From the NCBI GenBank assembly GCA_043228905.1, contig JBHGNT010000004.1, forward strand, positions 4,960,001-5,024,000: DNA of 64,000 nt, given 5' to 3'. Source of the DNA: Azolla caroliniana. Its lineage: Eukaryota; Plantae; Polypodiophyta. Under the pieces are notes generated by a model. The model saw only the letters and a program-made list of their open reading frames with translations. It was not told where the DNA came from and searched no databases. Positions 37,822 to 50,300 of this stretch are shown here, in pieces. The translations under genes and the position numbers were made by a program. Numbering within the stretch: the first letter of the stretch is position 1; each line of letters begins with the position of its first letter.

Positions 37822-38030
37822 AGAGAGAGAGAGAGAAGAAAGAGAACAAGAAGAAAGATATATTAGCGTCTTCTAAGATCAAATTTGGCCCATGAGACAA
37901 TTATTACACTAATGGAATGTGTACCCAATAATTGAAAATAAAAATAAAAAAATCATAAATAAAAGAGTTTTAGCATGGTCGAAAAAAGTTATGGGTTGTA
38001 GCATGTTCTATAAAGGAATGACTATGTACT
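37822..38030 (-). repeat. Dispersed repeat with LINE-type 3' tail, homologue of 26430-26642
   Basis: Minus strand ends GTCTCATGGGCCAAATTTGATCTTAGAAGAC followed by a TC-rich tract. Confidence 0.7.
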
Positions 38031-40210
38031 GAGACTAGTTTCGTTTTCCATCCAAGTCTCTCGAAAAAGAGTGGGGGGTGAAGGGTTTCGATGTTTGTTT
38101 GGCGTGTTGTCTCAATGTAAATGATATCCTGACCATACTTTTTAGGAGGGTAACTCACATTCCTTTATCTTCTTAATGTCTTTTGCATGACAACAAATGA
38201 CTTTGAAGCCCCAATTCACTATTTACGACCCTTCAACTCAAGTAAATAATTAACATCGCTCAACCTTAGGAATCCCACCTCTTATTGCATACCACCAATT
38301 GTAGCAACCATCTTCAAGCCATTCTCTGTATCCCAAATGAAAAACATGACCATGTTCCCACAAAGAAACCATGCCATATCCCTACCCCAAATATTACGAA
38401 TGTTGAGGTACATCTCATAGTCTTCCTTACAACTCTCCAAACGAATAATGTATCCCAAGGCCTTCAAGATGGATGAATTCAGGATGCTAATTGGTACATG
38501 TACTCTCTTGTTGACCCATTTTATACCTTCAACAACATGGGTACAAATTTCTTGTTCATGTTCCAATGACCCATAACTAAACAAAATGACGACTCCACCC
38601 ATTTAGTTTTGGGCAAACAAAATAGATATGAGTGAAGAAACAAAGCACGTGTTGACAAGAAAAGAGGAATGGATATGGAGAAAAGAAGTGTAACTTTGCA
38701 TAGATACTCTTGGCTATATGTCAAGTCAACTCACACAAGTCGACCCATAATCAACAAATGGCATGCTTGCATGAATGCCACGTGGTGATAATTATAAAAG
38801 CGTGGTGGCAAGCTTGCATGGGTAAACCATGTTATATAAGTAGGTGCTTTAGTAATTGATAAACCATTCCAATTGATGCAGTGAGATCAAGGGACTACTT
38901 TTGTCATTGTCAAGGAAAATTTCATCTTCCTATACTAAGAGTTTGTGGTCTAACGTGCAATAAAAATTTGTATAAAAAGTGTCAAATGTGGGGAAAGTGT
39001 TTGGATGATAATTGGTTATACTTTTTATGGGCTTGGTTGTCCAAGGAAAGCCCAAACTCGGTGTGTTGTGATAAGATGCTACACCATTCAAGGCCAATAG
39101 AAACATGGCAATATATTCCTTCATGTTGATGCCCTCACAAAACTTGTGATAGGAGTACACGATATTGAGTTCTTGATGGTAGAAGTGGGTAGGAGAAGAG
39201 GTAGATGAATGCCTTGGTCAAGGGACTTGTGGACGCATCATCAAGGGGAAGTCTGCAATTACCTTGTTTTTCGTGTCACTCCATGGGTTTTGGAAGGAGG
39301 TTCCAATGGGTAGAAAGTGGTGGTGGAAGCTATTAGGGATGGAGGGAAAGAGGATGAGATTGACAATGTTAAGAATATGAGAGGTTGATGAATACTATTA
39401 ATTGAGCACCAATCATTGCTTACATGGCAGAGATGGCGAAATGGGCAAGTGAGTGGTTAGTTTCATGAAAAAGTTCTATAATTGTAAAGATCTTATTTTG
39501 CAACAACCTTAGCAACTATTGATCATGGTTGTCAATTGTTTCAAACCCCTCTTGGTTGGCATTCTAGGTTTCTTTTTGTGTATTGTATCGAATAGCAACA
39601 ATCCTTCCTTTTTTCAATACCTACATAGTACCGAGAACACCTTGCAATTAGATTACCCAAAGTTGACCAAAGGAAGCACACTTTAATTGGGATATGACCA
39701 GGAGGCCTCAAGGGTCAGTTGAGCGACTACACCGTCATGTTGGGATCACCTATTTTTTGCCTCTCCCTAAGCGTCATATGGTCTATCAAATCTTACCACG
39801 TGATCTACCAATTCTTACCCAAATCGATTAATCATACCTTCACATGTTCTTAAGTTACATGGAGTCTCTCCAATTTTCTAACCATCTTCTCTCTCACTAA
39901 ACCATGACAACCACTTTGTTTACCCTCATGCATACTACGCAAACACCGTTTCAATTCCTTATCCCTTAAATCGTGTTCAATACACATGAGTAAATACAAG
40001 AACACAAAGAGAATCAGTAAACTCATGGTTTATTACAAAATATATGGTTGAATAATTACAAGTTTTTTGTTATAATTGAATACTTGGAAGAACTCAAATT
40101 GTTGGTTGACTAACCAACGATCACTTTCAACCTAACCAAGTAGGTTTTCTATTTCCTATCCTAGTCTATGTCCAAGCAATAAAGGTTATGGCCCTCTAAT
40201 CATGTTCACA

Positions 40211-40974
40211 CCCTCCAAAAAAGTAGCATATTTTTCCTCTTGCAATCCACAAAATGCATCACAGTTATGGTGGGAAGCTTTGGCTACACTCCTCTTCTCA
40301 TCCATTTTTCCATCTGCACCATGTTTGAGATCTTGAACTCCATAACACCTTTGATTAGTTCCTCAATGATGGAATCCTCAATCTTCTTCCCATTAGGCTC
40401 CTTTAGTATACAAGAGTTTGCCAGCTGAGGCTTCCATGTTTGTCGTGTGTGCCCCACCATTTGGAATTCCTCAAGCCACTTTAATTGTTTGTAAAAAAGC
40501 AACCAAATGCCCTTTTGATCGTTGCCCAATTTCCCACGAGACGATTTAGTTGAGTCAAGTCTTCTTTCGAGAAGAGTTCCAACTCTATTCTATCCTTCAC
40601 ATCCACAACTTTGAGAAATAGCAAGACCTTGCGGGGACCTTGCCTACCACTGAGAAGCATTTGATCGAGAGTTAGATGCTGCTTGAACCTTTGGCGAAAC
40701 ATGTTTAGTACTAGTGAGAAGCAAGTCATCTTCTTTCCATTGGATTGTGTCCAATCCATAAGATCTTGATGGGTCATCCTTGTTGCATCATCAAGGTTGA
40801 ATTCAACAAGTAAAGCCCATATGAACCCAACCCAAGTAGTGGGTGTAACTTGCAGTTCCCCGATGTAGGCTTCTAAGCCTGACAACACCACATCACATGT
40901 TGAAAGCATGATCTCCTTTTTGCCTCACAAACGACCGTTTCCATCGATAAACACCGATGAACTTAGTGATGTTC
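40211..40974 (-). pseudogene. Highly decayed Gypsy gag-like remnant, target of the Copia insertion
   Basis: FRQRFKQHLTLDQMLL...KVLLFLKVVDVKDR...LVGNW resembles retrotransposon gag from non-seed plants; recognised from memory only. Confidence 0.5.
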
Positions 40975-41063
40975 TGAAAAGAATGGCGTGCGGAAGCAAT
41001 ATAGGAAACTGAACAACAGAAAATGCAGGTTTAATGGAAAGCTTAGGTTTGCACAATATACAC

Positions 41064-41096
<33 letters not shown>

Positions 41097-44000
41097 AACA
41101 CAAGAACTTTTTCAAAAACAATACTCAATCTGTACATCATGTGTGTTCAATGAACACTTTTATACAAGTCCTTTTCGGACTGACAGAAGTACTGACAATA
41201 CTTCAATGCTCATAAGGAGCCCCTACACTAACTCCCAAATATATTCCTTGCAGAATATCTTTCCGATGGCCTCCCGGTTTCTGCACCGATCCGGCCTTCC
41301 TACGCACCGGTCTGCGTACCGGTTTCCAACAGATCCGGCCTAACCGATCGGTCCCAACCGATCCGGTCCTCAGCTTGCTCAGCCGATCCAGCTAATGTTG
41401 AGCTTGTCTCTCAACACTCCCCGTCAAGCTCAACTTGAGGCTCTTCGGGATCTTTTGGATCACTGTTTCGGTTCCTCCTGGCTCCACGCCTCGCTCGCGC
41501 TCCTCGGCATGTTTGACTCTGTGCGCTTCGACCCTTCTAGTCGGCTTGTCTACTCCCATAGCCCTTCACAGCTCCCTTGTTGTCGCGGTGTTGGCACTTC
41601 TCCTGCTGCCTTCTTTTCCGCTTGGCCCTCAGTTGATTCAGAGTATCCGAATCAAACATTTGAACCGACTTAGCTACCTCTGATCGGTTTTCGCTCTCAT
41701 CCGAGTTGGCTGTCTCCAACTCGTCTTCGGTCTTCTCGCACTTGACAGCATCATCTCCCCCATGCTTGGTTGGCTTCGGCTCTTTCTTTCAGTTGCTCCC
41801 CTTATGTCCGCTTTTGGACTCTTCCGCGGATTCGCCCTCGGCTTCTTCAGCCGATCCGAAGTTGAATTCGTCATCCGACTCGGTGTCACGGCCTCTTCTG
41901 CTCCCTTCCTGCTCCCTTGCTCGGTCTTTCGAGACTGTTCTCCCCCTCAAGTTTGGCACGTCGAGGTGACGCAACCCAAGCGCACCCGAGAATTGCCGCA
42001 ACTTGTCCAGACCAAGGGGCTTGGTGAAGATGTCGGTAGTTTTCCGATCCGTAGGAACATACTGAAGTTCGACTTCACCAGAAAGGACACGCTCACGGAC
42101 AAAATGGTAGTGCACCTCAATGTGCTTGGTCCATGCGTGGAAAACGGGGTTCTTCGCGAGCTGGATGCTGCTGAGGTTGTCGCAGTAGATCGTTGTCGGA
42201 TCGGACACCTCCTCTTGCAGGTCCTTAAGTAGCCGCTTCAACCATATGGCTTCGCATGTCACGACAACCGCTCCTCGGTACTCAGCTTCGGTGCTTGACA
42301 GTGCAACTGTCGGCTGCTTCTTATTGCTCCACTCTATCGTGGCACTCCCAAGAGAGAACGTGTATCCGAACGTGGATCGGCGATTGGCGGCGTTGCCAGT
42401 CCAATCAGCATTGGTGCAGCCGACCAACTGCGAGGTTGTACCGGTCCGATATAGCAGTCCCCGGTCCTTAGTGCCACTTACGTACCGCAGTACGCGTTGC
42501 GCACACTAAAGGTGCTCCTCGGTAGGTCGCGCCATGAACTAACTGATCACCCCGACCGGATAACTGAGATCGGGTCGGGTGATTGTCAAGTAGATAAGGC
42601 TTTCGACAATTTGTCGGAACCTCGTCAGGTCGCATACCTTTCCGGAATTGGGGCGAAGCTTGACGGTTCTATCCAGAGGAGTCGAGACGAACTTACAGTC
42701 GGCCATCCCGAATTTAAAGAGCATACTCAGCACATAATGGCGTTGGCTGATCAATATGCCTTCGGGGGTATGGATCACTTCGATCCCGAGGAAGTAATGA
42801 AGATCCCCCAGATCCTTCATGTCGAACGATGCCGCAAGCTGGAGCTTCGCGCGGTCGATTTCACCTAGGTCGGCGTTGGTGATGACCAAGTCATCAACAT
42901 ATAGTAAAATACTTATCGGACCGAGTCGACCTTTCCGGATGAATAGGGAAGAGTCCGATTTTGACGTTGCAAAGGTCATCCGACACAGTTGCTGCGTGAT
43001 CTTCGCGTTCCAAGCACGTGGGGCTTGCTTCAGTCCATAAAGGGACTTCTTCAATCGACACACTACTGACGTGTTCGTTCCGGAGTGAAATCCGGGGGGT
43101 TGTGCCATGTACACCTGTTCCTCAAGCCCACCTTGCAGGAACGCATTCTTTACATCCATCTGATGTAAGTGCCACCCCTTTGCCATAGCTACCGCAAGCA
43201 AGACACGGACGGTCGTCATCTTCGCGACCGGCGCAAACGTCTCATTGTAGTCGATGTCGTGTTTTTGCGCGTAGCCTTTTGCCACTAATCGGGTCTTGTA
43301 TCGGTTGACCGAGCCGTCGATGTTGTACTTGACCTTGTACACCCACCTACATCCGATCGGCTTCACACCCTTCGGTGCGTCAACCAGGTCCCAATCTTGT
43401 TTTCTGCCAATGCGTGCATCTCTTCCTCCATCGCGGTGCGCCAATTCGCGTCCTTAGCCGCTTCTGCGTAGCTCTCCGGCTCACGCACTTCCGCTACACG
43501 GGTCATGTACGCATAATGATGCGCCATGTACTCGTATCCGAACCGCATAACTGGGTTCTTTTGGCGGGTAGATCGGCGTGATCGGTCATTAGCCGATGTC
43601 GAGGTCTTCTCGGCCAACGCGGACTTCGCTCTTGAAGACCCATCACCGCTTCCCTCGGAGTCAGACTCACGTCGGTCAGACTCATTCCTATCCGTGTCGG
43701 AATCCGACACCTTCTTCTTCCCTTTCTCTTTGCGCGTAAGCCGTCTCCTCGGCTTCCTGTGCGGGGAATGCACGGCCGAGTCTCCACTATTCGCCGGCTC
43801 TTCATCGGACTGGTCGAACCGACTCAGTCGTCCATTCGGTCCACTTAACCAAAACGAAATCGGACTCTCTTCGTGGGTCCCGATTTCAGGTTCATCCGGA
43901 GGCATCTCAGTCTCGCTGACCTCATTGTCAGAGCTCGGATTGGAGTTGAGATTCGAAGTCAAAGGCAAGTACCAGGACGCGGACTCATCAAACACAACGT

Positions 44001-46754
44001 CGCGGCTCACGCGCGCTTGTTTGGTGCACGGGTTATAACACTTATAACCCTTTTGCTTGTCCGAGTAACCGACCAAGATACATTTCTTGGCCTTTGCGTC
44101 CAGCTTTTTCCGTTTCTCCTTCGGCACATGCACATACACAATGCTACCGAAAACTCGTAAGTGTCGCAAGTTCGGCTTTGTTCCGAAATATAGCTCGTGC
44201 GCCGACGCCTTGTCTCTGATCCGGTTTTGGATGTATACTGCGGTCCTTACTGCCTCGACCCAGTAGAACTTGGGCAAGTTCTTCTCCTCCAACATTGCCC
44301 GAGCCGCTTCCACAACCGACCAATTTTTCCTCTCGGCCACGCCATTTTGCCCCAGCGTGTATCTACAATTGAATTCGCGCCGAATTCCCATTTGTTGTAG
44401 ATAACCGTTGAATTGACCGGAAAAGTATTCTTTTCCGCCATCCGACCATAGGCACTTGATCTTTCTTCCTGTTTCCGTTTCCACGAACCCTTTGAGGTCT
44501 TGGAAACAGTCGAAGACTTCGCTCTTCCTCTCAATGAGGTAGATCCACGTGTGCCGCGTGTAGTCGTCGATGAAGGAGACGAAATATCGGCTCCCGCCAA
44601 GACTAACGTTTTGTGCCGGCCCCCACACACCGGAGTGTATCAAGTCGAGCTTGTTCCGGCTCCGGTTACACTTGTTGGGGAAGGGAAGTCGGTGTTGCTT
44701 CCCAAGCTGGCAGGCTTCACAAATTTGTGCCTTCTGGCCACTAAATTTGGGCAATCTGAACACCACCTGTTTCGATTGCAGGTCCTAAAGCCGCTGGTAG
44801 TTGACGTGACCTATCCGCTTGTGCCATAAATCGATGTCCGACTTGACTTTTTGTCCCTTCGCGAACATTGGGGTGCCACCGTCAGTAGAGTCGAGGATGA
44901 ACATCCTCCCATCTCTGCGCCCTTGCGCAATAACACGGCCTTCTTCCTCAATGAAGCACCCGAGGTGTGTAAACCAGACCTCCATCCCTTGGTCGACGAT
45001 CTGTCCGATCAACACCAAGTTCTTCGTGATTGTCGGAACGTGTAGCACGTTCATGAGTTTCCCTTTCTGCCCAACATAGCTCAGGGGAACTTCTCCAACA
45101 TTCGCAATCGGATGCGGAGTGTCGTCTCCGGTTGCGACTACTCCCGATTGCATCGGTTTTTCTAGGTACGAGAACCACTCCTTATGGCTCATCATGTGAT
45201 TTGACACGTCGGAGTCGACGTACCACCTCGTCCGATTTCGGGGTGGTCTGCTTCATTGAGTTTGCTTCGTGTCTCGTCACGAAGGCAAACCCTTTTCCAG
45301 TTTTTCCGGATCCTTCGGCGTAGTGCGATCGGTGCCGGTTTCCTTTGTCGGTATGTCCAGAACCAGATCCGGAACCAGTCCTCTCCAACTTGGCGCGCTT
45401 TTTCCAGCACTCGCTCTCCCTGTATCCTTTCTTGCCATAGTACCAGCATTCCGTGGCGGGTTTCCCTTGCCGGTTCTCATCGCCTCGACTCCCCCTGTTT
45501 CTTGAGGGTCCGGAATTGTTGTTGGCATCATTTCGGTGCCTCCTTCCTTGATCTCGTCAGCCGCCTCCATTGCGCACTGACTTGCCTCGTCCTCCATGTC
45601 CACGGGGCCTATCTCCCTCCGTGTACAACATCTTGCTATTGGTGTGTGTGCTCGTTGACGCACCCGTGTGGTTCTCCTCTACCAGGAGCATCGACTGTAA
45701 GTCGAAAAAGGACAGCGTATTCTCCCGAGTACACACAACAGTTCGGAATGCCCCGAACTTCGACGCCAAACCCCCGAGACAAACCTAGACCATCTCGCTT
45801 TCCTCGATGTTCACATCGATGGAAGCTAAGGAGTCGCATATGTCCTTGATCTTCGAGGTATAGTCAACCACCGACAAATCGCGTTGTCGTAGGTTGCTCA
45901 ACTCCTGTCAGAGTTGAAGCTTCTTGGCTGTGGTGCTCGCGGTGAAGATCTTCTTCAGATTTTCCCACACACCCTTCGGCGTTTTTGTATCCCGAACGTA
46001 GCTTAATAGGTGTTCGCCCACACAAGACGCGAAACAATACAACACTCTGCTCGCCGATTGTTCCCACGCCGGGAAGTCTTTGTGTGTCGATTCGGGTGCC
46101 GCGTCATTCGCTCCTTCGACATAGCTCCAGTAACCGTGCCCAAGCAGGTACTGGTGCATCTTGTAGGACCAAGATGCGTAGTTGGTTCTGTCGAGCTTCT
46201 CCGTCGGAAGCGAGCTAGCCATTCCTCTGTCCATCGGTTTTCTTGTTCTTCTTTGTTGGTTTTTTTTTTCTCTTCAAGCAAAGTTGACTGTAGAGGTTCT
46301 CATCCCTCGCGCTTTGATACCATGAAAAGAATGGCGTGCGGAAGCAATATAGGAAACCGAACAACAGAAAACGCAGGTTTAATGGAAAGCTTAGGTTTGC
46401 ATAGTATACACAGGAGAGATAGAGAGAGAGAGTAAACACAAGAACTTTTTCAAAAATAATACTCAATTTGTACATCGTGTGTGTTCAATGAACACTTTTA
46501 TACAAGTCCTTTTCGGACTGACAAAAGTACTGACAATACTTCAATGCTCATAAGGAGCCCCTACACTAACTCCCAAATATATTCCTTGCGGAATATCTTT
46601 CTGATGGCCTCCCGGTTTCTGCACCGACCCGGCCTTCCTACACACCGGTCTGCGTACCGGTTTCCAACCGATCTGGCCTAACCGATCGGTCCCAACCGAT
46701 CCGGTCCTCGGCTTGCTCAGCCGATTCGGCCGATGTTGAGCTTGTCTCTCAACA
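40975..46754 (-). mobile_element. Ty1/Copia LTR retrotransposon, full length with TSD, frameshifted ORF
   Basis: LTRs 40975-41416 and 46323-46754 (about 20 substitutions). TSD TGTTC at 40970-40974 and 46755-46759. PBS TGGTATCAAAGC at 46311-46322; PPT 41417-41430. gag (KLDRTNYASW), IN, RT (YVDDLV), RH (TKHIEVHYHFVRE). Confidence 0.97.
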
Positions 46755-47064
46755 TGTTCCTTCCTCTTAATTGGCCAACTATGTGTACAACCCCTTGTCA
46801 GTTGCGATAATGCCTAGCTCGGCCACGGGAGAGTCATTGCCTCATTTCTTTTTCTTTTTGGAACCAGATCATTAGAATTCAATGATGTGTCCTCGGGTCC
46901 TTGTGAAGGCATGTCCGTTTCGATGTGTCTAATGACCATGGCTTACTGTGATGACCGTATTAACATTTGAGGAGACGGAAGAAATTTAGACTCGGATTCC
47001 TTGGCCATTCTCTGAAGACCGTCTTCATTCACTACATAAATATTTGTTTCAATCTGAGAAGCCA

Positions 47065-47112
47065 CAGGCAGACACAGGCGCAGGCGCAGGCACAGGCACA
47101 GGCACAGGCACA
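47065..47112 (+). repeat. (CAGGCA)n hexamer repeat in the presumed 5' UTR of the complex I subunit gene
   Basis: Direct reading; ends a few nt before ATG 47118. Confidence 0.85.
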
Positions 47113-47117
47113 AAGCT

Positions 47118-47287
47118 ATGGGAACTGCTACGTTCATCGGGGCTGCCTTCGGCTTAGCTTCGCAGTTCTACTCCAACGCCATTAGGAAGCAACCTCTCAT
47201 GCGACGTAAGATCTCCTCCTCCTGTTTTTTCTCTGCACCTTTAGGGTTTTGATTTCATTCACCATCTGCAAAAAACCGTCATTCTGT

Positions 47288-47331
<44 letters not shown>

Positions 47332-50300
47332 TCATCATCTTCTTCTTCTTCGTAGCTTCTTTCCTATAAATTTTGAGGCATCTGTAAATTGTCCTTCTTA
47401 ATTTTGTTCATAAATGCAGCCCTTTTTTGGTCTTACATGTTCGATGTTGCTTTTTTTTTCTATTAAATGCCAAAATTTGGAATTTTGTATTTTCTGTACC
47501 GTTGTTTCTAAGTTTTGATTGTTGCGCTTGATGTCATTTATCTTTGATTTTTTTCATTTGCTGCGAAACATTATTTCTGTTTCTTTCTTCTCCGTTGTTT
47601 GTGTTTGTAAAAGCTATATATTTTCTGTTTCCAGATAACTTTTATTAAGTTTCTAGAACTCTTCTTCATAATTTTATCTTCTTTATGTCGTTTCTGTAAT
47701 TTTTCTTCTTTAAGTTTCTGTAGTTTGGTTTTTTGCAGTCTCTCAACCCGCTTAAACTTTTGTTTTGGCAGTTTTTCTGAATTTCCTTCTTAAGTTTTGG
47801 TTTTTGCATTTTTTCCGACTTTTGTTATTCTCTGCACAATTCTGATGAGTTATTGAGGAGGCTGTAGATCCATGGGAGCATCTTCTGCTGATCGGTCTCG
47901 GCATATCTGCAGCAAACGGTTTGGCTAATTGGGAAGAGAAACTACAGGGAGACGTAGAAAAGCATAGGCAAGAGGATGCTGAAACCAACAAAAGAAGATT
48001 CAGAGGTAAATTTTTGTATGCTGAACGAAGTCCATCTTATGTCCACGATATTGAAGGGTTTCTGGACCCTGACCACAAGAAAGTACATATTTCTCATGTT
48101 ATACTGATGTGAGCCACGGACGTATATAAGTGACCATTTAGAAGATATTACGAGTTAAAGTAAAAATGATGAAGGACTGGTGATTATATCCCACTCGTTA
48201 TTTGTGTTGACAGATTTGTACAATGCAAGAACCTACAGAATTTTTGACTAATAGAAAATCATTGCATCATACTAGTTTTCAGATAGTTTGATTCTATTAT
48301 CATGGGGAAAGACCTTTGCATGTCATATATAGATGTGTAAGAACCACACGTGGTCTCATCTATCTAGTTCACAAGGAAAAATATGATCTTCTTGAACTAA
48401 TGATCTAGAACAAGTGAAGGATCTCAATCTATAACTTCAAAGACCACAAGTTCCATTATCTTTTCCCAACCATTTGATGTGCTTGACCGTTTGAGTTTTT
48501 TTTTTCAGTATCCTTGGCTCCAAGTAGGAATAGAAATGAACATAAGGAGAAATAGACATTGAATCAGAGGAATGACCAATATCTTAAAGGTAAAGAGGGA
48601 TGTTTGAAGGAGCAGCTATTGAGGGATGATGTTCAGCAAACAGAGAGTAGAGACACAGATTTTTGGGTGTACCCAACCGCCTTGATTGGTACACAAGAAA
48701 AAAATGTTATTATATTAGTTAACCCTACAAAGAAAGAGGTGTGTTCACATTACAAAAGGAGGTGTCCTCTATAGGTGAACAATGTGTTCACATATACAAA
48801 TAATTACCTAATTTGTGAACTACAGGCCTTTACACCTAACAACCTCCCACTTAAAGGTCCGATGTGAACATTCAAGTAAATCCCACTAACTGTATGCAAT
48901 GCTCATGTTGAGTTTTGCCAAGACTTTTAGTGAGAATATCTGCAGGATTATCCCATATTTTGATCTTGGTCAATGTGACTAGACCATCCTCCAAAACTTG
49001 TTTGATAAAGTGATGTCGCGCATCAATGTGTTTGGTGCGCGAATGAAACATGGCATTCTTAGCCAGATACACAACACTCTGGCTATCACATCCTAACATA
49101 GGAGTACTAACAAACATGCCAAGATCTTCAGCAAGTCTGCTGAGCCATATAGCTTCCTTTGAAGCTTCTGTAGCTGAAATATATTTAGCTTCAGTAGTAC
49201 TCAGTGCTACAATCTTTTGCAATTTGGAGCACCAAGACACTGCTCCACCAGCAACTATAACTATATACCCGCTAGTAGACTTACGTGTATCCAAGTCACC
49301 TGCCATGTCTGCATCACAATATCCCTGCAAACTTAATGCACCCTTCCCATAGCATAAACATTTTCTGTGTACCTTTAAGATACCTGAAAACACACTTGAC
49401 AGCCTTCCAATGTGCTTTGCCGAGATTAGACATATAGCGATTGACAACTCCCACTGCATAAGCAATATCTGGACGAGTAGCTACCATAGCATACATTAGA
49501 GAACCACATGTTGATGCATAAGGAATTCCCTTCATAGCATTGACTTCCATCTCATCCTTTGGACAATCAGCTTTGCTAAGTTTAATATATGAAGGCAAAG
49601 GAACTCCAAGGGACTTTGCTTCTGCCATATCAAATCTGTTAAAGTACTTTTTCAATGTACTTTTCTTGTGACAAAAACAACAATTTGTCCTTTCTGTTTC
49701 TACTGATTCTCAAGCCCAAAATATGCTCTGCATTTCCCAAATCTTTCATAGAGAATACCCGTTTCAGTTGATCTTTTAGAGCATCAAGACTAGTCTTTCT
49801 TTTCCCAGCTAGCAACATATCATCCACATATAGAACAAGTATGATGGGACTGTTATCGATATCCTTTTTCGTGTATAAACAATGATTTGCATAGCTACGA
49901 TCAAAACCTTGAGAAAGCATAAATGTATCAAACTTCTTATACCACTGTCGTGGTGCCTGTTTTAGGCCATACAGGCTAAGTTTTAGTTTGCATACGAAAT
50001 GCTCCAGGTTGTTTCATGAGATCTCTTCATCAATATCACCATGCAAAAAAGCGGTCTTTACATCCATTTGGTACAACTCCAGATTAAGCATTGCAGTAAG
50101 AGCAAATAGCACACGAAGTGTGGTCATCTTCACAACAGGAGAGAAGACCTCTTGGAAGTCAATACCTTCCTTCTGTGCATAACCCTTGGCAACTAATCCT
50201 GCCTTGTATTTTGGTTTCCCTTCAATTTTATTTACTTTATAAACCCATTTATTCGGAAGAGGTTTCCTTCCTTCAAGTAAGGACACAAGATCCCAAGTAT

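Noticed and set aside
38282-38724. Possible LINE ORF1-like remnant on the minus strand
   Set aside because: Too degenerate to assign without a profile search.
39600-40210. Possible LTR of the decayed Gypsy remnant
   Set aside because: One plausible terminus and a short purine tract near 40210, but no partner LTR or TSD.
48509-48556. Alternative nearby last exon for NDUFC2 (also an acceptor near 62418)
   Set aside because: Both are frame-compatible, but 62945 has a strong polypyrimidine tract and gives a short acidic end (RDD*) like known homologues; not excluded without RNA data.
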